This document shows positions 15,432 through 33,291 of a stretch of 64,000 bases of DNA, piece after piece. Source of the stretch: the human T2T-CHM13v2.0 reference genome, Homo sapiens. Location: assembly GCF_009914755.1 (NCBI RefSeq), contig NC_060932.1; one strand, given 5' to 3'. A program made the translations under genes and the position numbers. The notes under the pieces are model-generated. The model ran no database searches. It saw only the letters and a program-made list of their open reading frames with translations, and was not told the origin of the DNA. How positions within the stretch are numbered: the stretch's first letter is position 1; each line of letters starts with the position of its first letter.

Positions 15432-15877
15432 TTAAAATTCATTCATAATTATGGTCCTATTCATAGAACACAATGATAAACAAAATGTATTACATACATT
15501 CATAAGTATTTCCAGAATTATTTACCTTTAATTCAGAACCTAACAAGCCCTGTGACTTGGCAGAGCTGACCTTCACACATTTATGGCCACACTCAGACAT
15601 CAACACACAGTCACACACCACTGACCACACTGCCAATGCAGGGTCAAGAAACCCCTGCCCCAAGCTCGGGCCTCAGAAGACAGCATCCTGAGTCCTGCCT
15701 CCCACGGAGTCTTTCTGCCTGCCCTTCTTATCAACACATATGGAGACTCTGTTGCTGTTCCAACAGTAAGGGTTATTTAAAAGCTGGGCCAACTTCCATT
15801 TCCTTTGCCAAGGCCAGCCGGGTACTTTCATTCCTGCCATCTAGCTGCTGGAACTCTGAAACTTTTAGCCTCTAGCC

Positions 15878-16060
15878 AAGTAGTTCCCGCCTCTGGGTGC
15901 ACAGTGGAACCATCTGGGGCATTTTCAAAAACTCGTTTGGCCCTGGCTGGACCCCCAGAATTCTGATTTAAAAGGTTGGGAATGGGGTTTGGGCATTGGT
16001 ATTTTTCAATCGCTTCCCCGGGTCATTCTAAAGTACAGCCAGAGTTGAGAACCACTGTTC
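15878..16060. mobile_element. MER5-family hAT remnant
   Basis: CCCCAGAATTCTGATTTA and CAGCCAGAGTTGAGAACCACTG terminus. Confidence 0.7.
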
Positions 16061-16400
16061 TAGAAGCCTGGGATGGAAGGTGGGTTTCCTTGTGGTTTGT
16101 GCCCCTGCCTGGCAGCTCAGGGATCCCATTTGACCCAGGACTCCTAAGGTCATCATGATTCTTGTAAAAAATTGAGTAACCCAGAATATGGAAATGGAGT
16201 GAAAGAGTATCGTTCACGATGGGTGGGATGGTATTTGTGGAGGTGAATGGATTTACCTCTTCCTAAAAGCAGAGCCAGGCACTAACTTGTTAGACACCTG
16301 ATAATGGGTGCAGGCTTACGTCTTGGTCCCTGCCAGGCAGGCTTACAAGGTAGAGAGGACAGTTGACAGAGTGTTTCTTCCCAAAGGGCAGGCTGGATGA

Positions 16401-16402
<2 letters not shown>

Positions 16403-16457
<55 letters not shown>

Positions 16458-16753
16458 AGACAGGGTCTTGCTCTGTCACCCAGGGGCTGGAGTGCAGTGG
16501 CATAATCATGGCTCACTGCAGCCTCAACCTCTGAGGTACAAGTGATCCTCCCACCTCAGCCTCCTGAGTAGCTGGGACTACAAGTGCGCACCATCACACC
16601 AGGCTAATTTTCTTTCTTTTTTTTTTTTTTTTGTTGTAAAGATGGGCTCTTGCTATGTTGCTCAGGCTGGTCTTGAACTCCTGGGCTAAAGCAATCCTCC
16701 TGCCTTGGCCTCCCAAAGTGATGGAATTACAGGCCTGAGCCACTGCGCCTGAC
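16403..16753 (-). mobile_element. AluJ element with a 54-nt pure T tract
   Basis: AluJ diagnostics (ATCATGGCTCACTGCAGCCTC); TSD CTGGATGATCT. Confidence 0.92.
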
Positions 16754-17023
16754 CTGGATGATCTGTTGAAGGCAGGGACATAACACGGGGCTCACTTTGA
16801 GGCTTCCCCAAGACTATGAACTCCTGGATTCCAGGCATCTTCCTCACTTGTGCTCAATCTTTCTCTGACCTATAGACTGACTTCAGTCTAACACATTTCT
16901 TACCTGCCTGGGAAGAACAGAGGGTGATTTCCAAAGCTGGATGACAAGGTAACATTTCAAAAGAATAGAGTTAAACAACTGTCCAGCACATAATAGTTCA
17001 CTATCTCTATTAACAGGAACTTT

Positions 17024-18082
<1,059 letters not shown>

Positions 18083-18109
18083 TTATGGGTAAAAGAAAAT
18101 GCCAATTAC

Positions 18110-18250
18110 CAATCTTGACAAGCTCCATCCACTGCACACCTTTGGTACCGATTGCGACCAGTGAGAATCCTATAGTAGAACCCACAATGCAGTGCGTTCC
18201 TGAGATTGGAAGCCTCAGGAAGGAAGCAATCAGCTGCCACACAGCGGAAC
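18110..18250 (-). CDS. SLC20A2: SLC20A2 coding exon c.290-430 ([46 protein letters not shown])
   Basis: Acceptor TCTGTAG|GTTCC, donor G|GTAATT. 141 nt, phase 1-1, continues the frame of the previous exon. Contains the PiT motif LPISGTH. Confidence 0.97.
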
Positions 18251-18468
18251 CTACAGATTGAAGGACAAAAAACCATCAGATACAGAGTACAGAGGTGCAG
18301 ACACCAAGGGAAGAAATCCAAATGTTTTCCATAACAACATCTCCCAGAGTTTAATTTTCTGTGAATTGTTTCTTTACAAAGCGCTACAGCCTGGACAAAA
18401 ATCACTCAATTAACTTCAGTTAAAGGAAAGCTTCTGCCTTCCTCAACACAGAGGGGACAGGGATGATG

Positions 18469-18718
18469 GTTATTTATTTATTTTTTGAAGCTAGTCCTGC
18501 TCTGTTGCCCAGGCTGGAGTGCAGTGGCCTGATCTTGGCTCACTGCAACCTCTGCCTCCTGGGTTCAAGCAAGCCCTCTGGCTAATTTTTGTATTTTTAG
18601 TAAAGATGGGGTCTCACTATGTTAGCCAGGCTGGTCTCGAACCCCTAACCTCAAGTGATCTACCCGCCTTGGCCTCCCAAAGTGCTGGGATTACATGCGT
18701 GAGGCATTGTGTCCGGCC
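18469..18718 (-). mobile_element. Alu with internal deletion
   Basis: GGTTCAAGCAAGCCCTCTGGCTAATTTTTG junction lacks part of the right arm. Confidence 0.88.
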
Positions 18719-18989
18719 AGATTATGCATTTAAAGGCAAGTCTCCTGGTGCTACACACTGACTGCCCTTGTCAGTTTTCAGTGAGGGTGCTGTGTATGAA
18801 CTTGTTCTGGGGTGAATTTTGGCCAAAACCAAGCAAGAGATTAAAGTCTCGAATGAACACAGAAAGACTAGAAAGGCAATATATTGGGAAAAGATTTTGT
18901 TGTAGTTCTGCCTTACAGTCACATAATGAAAAGGACCAGATATTGGCTAGGTCATATTATCTATATAAGAGAGTATAATACCATGTTGC

Positions 18990-19452
18990 TTTTTTCTTTT
19001 CTTTTCTTTTTTTCTTTTGTAGAGACAGCGTCTCACTCTTGCCCAGGCTGGAGTACAGCTGCAAAATCATGGCTCACTGCAGCCTTAAACTCCTGGACTC
19101 AAATGATCCTCCTGTCTCAGCCTCCCAAGCAGCTGAGATTACAAGTGTGCACCACCACACCTGGTTAATTTTTAAATTTTTTTGCAGAGACAGGATTTTG
19201 CTATGTTACCCAGGCTGGTTTGGAACTCCTGGCCTTAAGCAATCCTCCTGCTTCAGCCTCCCAAAGCCCTGGGATTACAGGCATGAGCTGCCACACTCAG
19301 CTAATTATTAAAATTTTTTTGCAGAGACGGGGGTCTTGCTATGTTGCCCTGGCTGGTCTTGAACTCCTGGGCTCAAGCCATTTTCCCACCATGGCCTCCC
19401 AAAGTGCTGGGATGACAGGCTCACTGGATGCAGTGAGCCACTGCACCCAGCC
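18990..19452 (-). mobile_element. AluJ plus adjacent left-monomer (FLAM-like) fragment
   Basis: Reverse Alu ~18990-19282, followed by a monomer ~19300-19452. Confidence 0.85.
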
Positions 19453-20224
19453 CATACTGCTTGTTGATGGTGCCTCTCCTATGAGAAATAACTATGATAT
19501 TTAACCCAAATTTGGGCATCTGCTCTCAGATCCTACCCAGAATGTTGGACTTTTTATTTGTGTGTCTGATTCCTTGTTGTTAAGAGGTTCTCATTAGTGT
19601 TGGCTTTGTGTCCTTTTACCTCAATTTCACCAACTCTTTTCTAGGTTTCATGTTTTTCTAGGCTACAGTTCACTTCAAATATTTTCATAAGCAGATCAGA
19701 TTTTGTAGTGAGTATTAAAAGCATCAACCGGGAGAGATCACTTTCAGAAGCAGTTGTTGAAAAGCTCCCATGGAACTGTAGGGGAACAAAGGGCCTGGCT
19801 GATAAGCTGGGCACGTTATTAATCCCAAACGTTAATTCTGGAAACCTGGTTGCCTGGCAGCAGCAGCACTTTTCAGGGGACCCCTGGCATTTCCTTCAAA
19901 GGCATCTGAGTTGCAGGAGGATCATTTATGGCTGTGCAGGACCCAGTCCATGAAGCAACACACACAGTTGCTGCCATGAGTGCTAGGCGTGCTGACCTTT
20001 GAGCTGAGGCTGGCTGTGACCCTGTGTCAATCCTTAAGGCGTGCGTTGGGAGGAGAAGGGGCCAGCCTTGTGCTGCCAAACCCATATCAGGCTCCATGGC
20101 AGCGCCAGGCCTACCCGCGGACACCTCCTTAAGCCTCCACATCTGAGCCCTGGGCTCCTCGGGGACTAGTGGTTTTAAAAAGAAAGCCAGGGTTTGGAGC
20201 ACGTTTCATAGCACGGATTCATAG

Positions 20225-20534
<310 letters not shown>

Positions 20535-21967
20535 TATATTCTTACAATTAAAATAATCTCATGATGTGAGACAGTGATATCAACCCACCCAATTGAATTC
20601 AGACCATAAGATTTGTCCTTCCTGAAAGCTGCTATATTTTCTGTGGCTGACTTTACAAAATACATCCTGGAGGAGGAGAGTTTGTAAAGAAAGGTAGGGA
20701 GTAATGGGACCACCTGAGAGAGGGAAGAAGGAGGAGAGAGGATAGCAGGGAGGGGAGGAGACAGGGGACAGCTGAGGGAGGGCCTGGTGGGGCCAGGAAA
20801 TACCTGCAAGAGGGCCTGGGAGTAGGTGATAGCACCTTAGCCTCAGGGGTGTCTGAAGACAAATGGGATCATGTTAGTGTCAGGAAGAACAGAGGGAAAA
20901 AGACATACTTTAATGTAAGATAATGGCATCTGACAGAGGAAAGAGATGAAGCATGGGATAAGAGTGCAAGCCACGACCTAGGGAAAGTGGGGAGATGGGC
21001 ATCTCAGAGGCCGCCATTCCCGTGCAGATGAAAGAAACGGCAGAGCAAAGGCTCAGGCTCCAGGGAGGCTGCCGGGCGGGGGTGGGGTGGCAGAGTGTGG
21101 CTGGGCAGAGGGAGCTGGAAGGGGGCTGTGTGCTTCTTAAGGGTTTCGAGGAGCTGGCTCGTTTGTGCTAGTGTGGGTCTTTCCACAAAAAAAGATGCAG
21201 AGTTTTGAATTCTCAGATTTTTGGAACCATTGGTGGTTTCCTACAAAATGGACAGACTACTGCTTTAGGGCTGAGCTAGTCCCACAAGATGACTTGTTCA
21301 GGACGTTTCACTGGCAGCAATAATTTCTACCCAATCACCTTAACTCTAACACAACTCTGTCAGGAAGCACAGACGCCCAGGGGCTTGGGGAGAAGTGACT
21401 AACAGAGAAAACAAAAGAAGCAAACAGAATAGAATTAAGGACAGAGGGAAAGAGGGAGAAGAAAAAAGGACTGTTGGATTTAGAAGAGGAAGACTGGAGA
21501 ATTCAGGCATCTGGACAGAATCAGCTGTGGTTTTGGCCAATGGTAATTACACCACCATCTTAAATTTATAGCTCCCAGGGCAAAGAACCCGATTTTATGA
21601 ATCTAGGTAACTCATACAAATTCCCAACAAAATAGGCTTTGAGATTCATTTAACCACATACCAAAAAAAAAAAAGTTTAAAAACCAAAGCAAACAAAATC
21701 AAGTTATTCAAGCAAAACCCCAAATTGCTTTGGTAAACCCAAATTCTAGTTGAGGTAAGTATCCTTCATTCTTTCAGTAAAGAGCCAAACGCCAGGGGTG
21801 GGGAACGGAGAAATGATCCCGTCTGCAGAAAGAGTGAGCAGATGAAGCCTTGTTCATGAACCCTTCTGTCACACGGAGGTCTTCAGCGTGGCTTCCCTAA
21901 CAAATTTCTTTAATAAGCAGAACCATGCCTCTAAAGTTTATCCATCAAAAGGAAAAACTTCAGTTAA

Positions 21968-22355
<388 letters not shown>

Positions 22356-22496
22356 TTAATTTCCACTTGATGGAATTAAATCTTAGATATCTATCACAAC
22401 TAAAAAGGTGAATTTTACAAAGAACGGTTATTTTTCTAAGAGAAATTTCCATTATATCTGACTATGCTGAGATATACATATGTTCCATGAAGGTAA

Positions 22497-22818
<322 letters not shown>

Positions 22819-23024
22819 TTGAACCTGACATCTTTACAACACAAAGCGTCAAGCTGAGAAGTAGGAGCTCCCTGGTGTGTGTTACTGGCCTACAGTGCTT
22901 GGTGAATATGCAATTCCTTAGTACAACAGGCTGCTTCTTATCAGACGCCTCGAACAACATGAGATTGGGCCATTGTGAACTTGGTCAATAATCTCTAAAT
23001 TCCAGGTGTTTAAGAAATGTGACA

Positions 23025-23334
23025 GGCCAGGTGTGGTGGCTCACGCCTGTAATCCCAGCACTTTGAGAGGTGATGGTGGGTGGATTGCTTGAGGTCAGGA
23101 GTTCAAGACTAGCCTGGCCAACATGGTGAAACCCTGTCTCTACTAAAAATACAAAAATTAGCCAGGTGCGGTGGCACACGCCTTTAGTCTCAGCTACTCC
23201 GGAGGGTGAGGTGAGAGAATAGCTTGAACCCAGGAGGTGGAGGTGGCAGTGAGCGGAGATCACACTATTGCACTCCAGCCTGGGCCACAGAGCAAGACTC
23301 TGTCTCAAAAAAAAAAAAAAAAAGAAAAGAAAAA
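23025..23334 (+). mobile_element. AluS-type element
   Basis: Full Alu with A tail. Confidence 0.92.
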
Positions 23335-23399
23335 ATGTAAGTGACAAAATAAAGAACTCGGGGGAATGTGGCTGTATTCTTAGTACACCAGCATCTTAC

Positions 23400-23436
23400 C
23401 TCCTGCTGCAGGACTCTTCCTACAAGAGGATATGTC
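23400..23436 (-). other. Candidate cryptic (poison) exon, 37 nt, SLC20A2 intron 2
   Basis: Acceptor CCTTCTGCTTTCAACAG|GACA, donor GAG|GTAAGA; in-frame TAG (G-H-I-L-L-stop). Confidence 0.6.
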
Positions 23437-23496
23437 CTGTTGAAAGCAGAAGGTGGTAGAATTCCTCTCTAACCCTCTTCTCCCTAACCAAATTAC

Positions 23497-23534
23497 CCGT
23501 ATACATCAGCTGTCTGTTGTGTCGTCATCTCTAC
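23497..23534 (-). other. Candidate cryptic (poison) exon, 38 nt, SLC20A2 intron 2
   Basis: Acceptor TTCTTTTTCTGCTTGCCTCTAG|GTAG, donor ACGG|GTAATT; in-frame TGA when spliced after c.289. Confidence 0.6.
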
Positions 23535-24429
23535 CTAGAGGCAAGCAGAAAAAGAATCCTGTCAGCTGCACTTAACACACGCCTGCCGGGAAGGTTCTTT
23601 TCTGTCGTAGCGAGGGCAGTGATGGGAAGACCCACGGGGCCGAGATCTGTGTCCGCTTAGGCCATGGGGACATCACTCTGTCCAACCAGCCACTCTGCTT
23701 ATTCACACAGTTCACACACCTCCACACTTCATGTAGACAACTTGAAACTGCAATAAAAGGTCATGCTATCACCAGGCAACACGCACATTATTTTTTGGCC
23801 GGAAAACAAAACAAACATACCAAATGGAGCTCCCAGAGGTAGAATCAGAAAATCAAAACAAAAGCCAACAAAAGGATGACAAATAATGTAAGAGACCAGA
23901 ATTTCTTGAAACACACGCACTTAAGATTTATTTGGTAACTTCTTTAGAACTTAAACTGTGAATATAAAAGTTAGACTAATAAATATTATTTTTGACATCC
24001 AAGTTTTCAAAACATTGCCTCCTAATTGATGAAAAACCTTAAGAAAAAAATCTAAATCAACCTTCCTGGAAATTTCATACATCAACCTTGAAAACACATT
24101 CACTTAGACAACCTTCAAACAACTCTAAAATAATAAAGCGCTGTTCTACAAAGGTCTTTTTCTGTACTTTCTGAAAAGTATTCACTTAGCTGAAATCTAT
24201 TTTAGCAACCAAGTTTGCTCAAAAGTTCAGAAAATAAATGGTTGCCTGATATTTAAACACTTTAAAAATCATAAATTAATATGCAGAAAGCAAAAATAAG
24301 AGAGTAAATGTGAAACATCCAACCAGTTTTTGAAAAGCCAAAGCAAAAATCACATTTATGGATATGGGCAAAGTACTGCAGGGAAGCGGGTCAGTGGGCG
24401 GATGTCCCATCGGTATAGAGAAGAGGCTA

Positions 24430-24873
<444 letters not shown>

Positions 24874-24948
24874 CTAGCTGCTGGTTTGCAAACTACTGTC
24901 AGGACAGTTCATTTGGTTGTGTTCAGTCAGCGGTAAAACACATTCCAT
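24874..24948 (-). other. Upstream ORF, 24 aa (MECVLPLTEHNQMNCPDSSLQTSS*), in frame with SLC20A2
   Basis: AAT-ATG-G strong Kozak at 24948; TAG at 24876-24874; 225 nt upstream of the main ATG. Translation is not demonstrable from sequence alone. Confidence 0.7.
24923..24943 (-). other. Second overlapping uORF, MCFTAD*
   Basis: GGA-ATG-T at 24943; TGA at 24925-24923; out of frame with the main CDS. Confidence 0.55.
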
Positions 24949-26148
24949 ATTTTTCCTCCCGATCTGGGAAAGCTGTGATGTCTCCTCCTGTAGCAGAAAG
25001 GAAACAAAAGAAATCAATTATACTCAGCAACCTGTAACAGTTTGTTCTTTCAGAAATAAATGTTTTAAGCCTGCTAATGGGATCTAACTTTGGCATGTGA
25101 CGGACCTAACCATAAAGCAATTCAAGGAAGATTATAATTAGGATAACCACCCCCAACCAAAAACACAAAAAAACCTGCTTTCTAGAATTGTCAGGAGTTG
25201 AAGCATGCTTAATAATTACAGACTAATAGTAATCCTTACTAGGTTACATTTTTCATGCAATCGGAAAAACATATTTGGTCATTATTTTCAGAGAGGAACA
25301 AGTGCCTCAAATGAGCAAAAGATTAAGAAATGAGAAATTTAGTTGCATGGCTTTTCAAATATGTGGAATGTGTCCAGTTTCCTGGAACAGCAATAACCAA
25401 ATCTGAGTCTGTGATACCACTGGGTGTGGCCAACGACCCACCTCCACATTTACGCATAAGCAATGAGCACAGTATATTATCATGCATGTGTCTGGGAGAG
25501 TTTACAGGCCTGGCGAGAGGTCACTCATCTGGAGGGTGACCAAGGCAGGAACTGACAGGCCCCAGAGAGGAAAAGAGAAGCCTGGAGAATGAGGCAATCC
25601 TATCACTACGCCACTATCCCATCTCACTAGGAGGAAAAGCTAGAGGCCCCGCCAGGGTCAGGAAGACCCTTCAGGCCTCCTCGCAGCTCACTGGCCTTAG
25701 CTCCTCTCCCCTCCCTCACAATGCCCTGGTGTCACTGTCCCCTTGCAATCCCTTAGAAAGACCAGGCACACTCTCACCTCAGGGCTTTTGTACCTGAGGA
25801 TCCCTCTGCAGGAAGAATCTTCCCCCACAGCTGCACAGCTCCCTCCTCCCTGCATTCAGGTCCCTGCTCAAATATCACCGTTAAGAGAGGACTTCCCTGA
25901 CCCCAGAAGGAGCAGCCCCTCCCCCATGCCACTGTTCCTGCTTCTGGGAGGGAGAGGAGATGCCATGAGATACATCCATGAAATAAAAATGTCACTGCAA
26001 GCTTCGTAATTATGGTATTCTATTATTGGAGAGCCAAGGCACTGTATATTTTCTTTGAATGGTATCAAGCATATAAATGCTTATTGAGTTGAACTGAATA
26101 AATACCACACCATATACAATATAATAATTTGACCCATCAATAAGGTTA

Positions 26149-26584
<436 letters not shown>

Positions 26585-27370
26585 TTAGAGACAATTTTTT
26601 CCTTTCCTCCCCAAACTGTATACTGTGGTTACATGCTTTTTAAATGAAAATAATATATAATAAACAAATCTACAAACATATTGAGCATCATCGATGTGCA
26701 ATGCTATAGGCACACAATGAAACAGAAAATATACATTGATAGTTGTTATCATTTCTAAGATTTTTCAGCCTTTGCAATTTTGGAGATTCAGATCCCAAGT
26801 GAGACAAATGAAAAGACCACTCTAAGGGCAAAAGACAACATTCCACTGAAAGAGTATTTTATTAATATGACAGGCACACTAAATCAATGCATGAAAATCA
26901 AAACTTTAAAAATTGGGGGCCAGTATGATCTATCTCAAGATATAAACAAATTATTGATAAAATCTTGTTTCCCGGGCTACCTTGCCAATAGGACAAACAT
27001 GAATAATATTCAATTATTGATTGAGAAATACGGCGATGAACAAAAATGGATGTGGTCCTGGCACATCTGGGAAGTCCAGTGAAGGAAACAGACACTAATC
27101 ATAGCAACACATAAATGTCTATAAACTGGTGACAAGAACTATGCAGGCAGGAGACGGTGCCACACAGTGTCGTGAGAGCACAGCCGGCGGGACATGGTGT
27201 AGCAGGCAGCAAAGGCTCACCTGAGACCTCAGACGGCCAGAGTCACGCTGGGCCTGGTGTGGGGGGTGGGGGGGACACTCATTCCAGATGGTTCTCATGG
27301 TGGGAAGGAGGGGCCAGGAGGCAGGCCCGGGTGAGGGGAACCAGGATGAAGGTCGGGTGGGTCTGGTTAA

Positions 27371-28110
<740 letters not shown>

Positions 28111-28396
28111 TGAGTCAGGAGCCCGCTGCATGGCTTAGGCATGAGATGAGGCATCCGGGACCAGGCTGTGGACGGTGGTGGGTGGGAGGGAATACGATGA
28201 TTTAAGAGAACTGCAGCGGCAAAATCCAACAGGACCAGATGGTGGATTAAACATGGGGGTGGAGAGAGGATACATGGTTTATGGAACCGAAGTGAAAAAT
28301 AACCGAGTGGGTTTTTCTTCTCTTTTGCATTGTTTTTAGTTTTGCTTTTTGGGGCTAGGATGGGGTCTGACCACAGGTGCGCTTTTGATTGGGTGA

Positions 28397-28734
<338 letters not shown>

Positions 28735-29762
28735 GGTTTACTGTGTCTCAATGGAGGACTCCCTTGCTGTGCACCTTGAATATGGCAGTGGCTGTACTAC
28801 TGTACATGCTGTCAAAACTCATGAAATTCACACAGGTGAACCACAGGAGCGCCCTGGGTGGGAAGAGCGGCTGGCACAAGCCCCGAGCAGCTTCGCCATG
28901 GCCTGGTTTTGCTTGGGGACGTTGTTAATCATCTTGATGTTCCCCTTGGCACTGTGTCAGCCCGGAGATCCCCTCTCCTACTTAAACAGCCTTAGACAAC
29001 TCATTTCCACAATTGTGCCTATGCTCTTTAGCGCGGCTTTTCTTCTTCACACTCACACCCTCAGCCCACCAGCCTAAGTCCAGCAAGCACCTGCCTGAGG
29101 AAAAAGGCTTGCCACCTTCTTTCCTCTCTGTGGTTACAAAAGGAACATTCATTTCTCCTGCGTGGAGAAGGGCAACGAGCACAAGACCTGCAGTCGGGGA
29201 CTCTAGGTCCATTCCCGTCCGGCCAGCTCCTGGCTATGCAACCCTGGGCAAGTCACCTCAATGACTCACCTGAACCGTGGGGACTGTGGCAGATGCCTCG
29301 CCACTGGTTACATGTAAACGCAAAGGCCAAAGCTCAATGCCAGCAATCAATATGTGGTGACTGTTACCATTCTTAGCAGATAAAGCCCTGGGGCAAAGGT
29401 CGGAAAGCATAAGGCCCCGTCGCAGTTCTGTTCCTCTCTAGTGGCTGACCCTGGGTACCTCAACACGCTTTTTGAATTGCGGCATGTATAAAATGGGATA
29501 GTGATGGCGCATGCACTTTACAGAATTATTGTGAGGAACAAACTTAATTGGGTAGAAGTGTTTCGCCTCAAGCAACTTGTAATTACTGGCATCGCTGTAG
29601 TCACAGGAAGAATAACAAATGAGAGGTTCCAGAATCCTTCTGGAAGGATCTTTCTCAGGCAGCCCTGTGCCCCACTCTCTTCCCAGTCCTGTGGGTTTCC
29701 CCAGCCTCCTCCCTTAGACCTGCTCTTCTTCCTCAACACGCAGACACTGACCTTGTTTTTGA

Positions 29763-30101
<339 letters not shown>

Positions 30102-30160
30102 TGGACAGGGACTTTTTAAGGGAAGAAGGGAAGCAAAGAGGTAGAGAAGAGAAACACTAA

Positions 30161-31080
<920 letters not shown>

Positions 31081-31873
31081 GTGATCAGAAAAAATGCTGG
31101 TCATAAAAGGTAATGTTCACTTTTGATATTTTCCCTTATCTATATTGCAAGCATTGCCCCCCACCTCCACCAAGTCCCCTAGGATGGTATATAGATTATA
31201 CAGTGAAAAAAAGAAAAAAAAAAAACACAGTTCTCTTTTCAGTGAGAAAGGGAATCTTCCGCTGAGACACAGAAAACCCAGCCAGTTCACTCAGTCGAGC
31301 AAGGATTCAGGGACGGGTGATGTCACAGCACATTTAAAACAATGGCAGCGAGAAGACGGATCGAGGAGGGGCTCGGGACATGACTCTTCTGGGGCCAGGG
31401 AACAGAGGAAAGGCCTGCTCCAGGGCCAGCCTACGGACCTCTCTTCAAATTCACAAGGAAAAGAAAAGCTGGCTTTCTGCAGACAAGCCCTCCAGATGGC
31501 TTCTAGAGGATCTCACGGTAGAAACCCATTCGTTAGTATTAAGTTTACGCAAATATAAACATTTCAGGTGAAAATCATTCCCATGGGGAACCACAGACTG
31601 AACATCCTTTAAATGTGAAGTTCTGGGCACTTCATAGACCAAGAGCTGCAAGGACGTCACTCAGAGAAAGTATGAGTGTGGGCAAGCTACAATCACAGGG
31701 TCACTCTGATCTGTGACCCCAAAGTCAACTCTGAAATCAGTTCTGCAAGGGTAACTGTTATGTTATCTGTGATGAAAGTTTCTGTAATGGTATCTACCTA
31801 AGTACAGTTAGAAATGGTTTACACAGTTCTTAAAAAAAAAAAAAGTAGTTATCTTCTTATTGAAATGGTTCTT

Positions 31874-32184
<311 letters not shown>

Positions 32185-32981
32185 TCAACTCACCAGGCCA
32201 GGTCAGATGCACGACAACTCCAGGGCTCTAGATTGTGAATGAGGAGCACTCAGGGGGTATGGGTGCTCTTTATGACATCAGCCTCAACTGCTCAAGCAAA
32301 TAGGCAAAGACTTTGAAATGTGGGCAAATAATGCACAGATGTGGACTGTAGTGTCATTTATTATGATCATAGAAAAGAAGAAACATCCAAATGTTCCCAG
32401 TCAGGGGTGTGGCTAAGGCAACTTCTTCTAAAAGATGAAATATTAGGTAGCCACTACAATGATGTAACTTGAGAGATTTTCATGACACTGGAACACAGTG
32501 ATCCTAGGTGAAACATGGGAACACACAATGACATTAGCCATATGACCTCCGCTATGTTTAAGAAAGCACCGCCTAAGACTTTCAGGAAATAAGCCCAAAG
32601 GTTAATTGCACTTCTCTCTAGGTCTCTTTTTATTTTTTTGACGTTATCCAAAATTTTCTACAATGTGCAATGACCACTTTTATCACTGGAAGACGCTTCA
32701 AAACACTACAAGGTACATTTTTTTAAAAAAAGTTAGGAACATATCACAAAAACAGGCTTAGTTTTCTTAAATAAACAAAATGAATTTACCATGAATCTAT
32801 TTATGTTTTCAGCCAGGGCCTCAATTTTTCTCCAGGCTTACTACCTACGATGTAAAACATAAAACACATTCTGTATTCCTTTATTTATCTTTTTCACTGT
32901 CAAGAATATCCTTTTGTCTAGTATTGGAGCACTTGGTAAAAAGGTCTCTGCATGGTGTGGAGTCTTCTACTATATTCCAGT

Positions 32982-33291
<310 letters not shown>

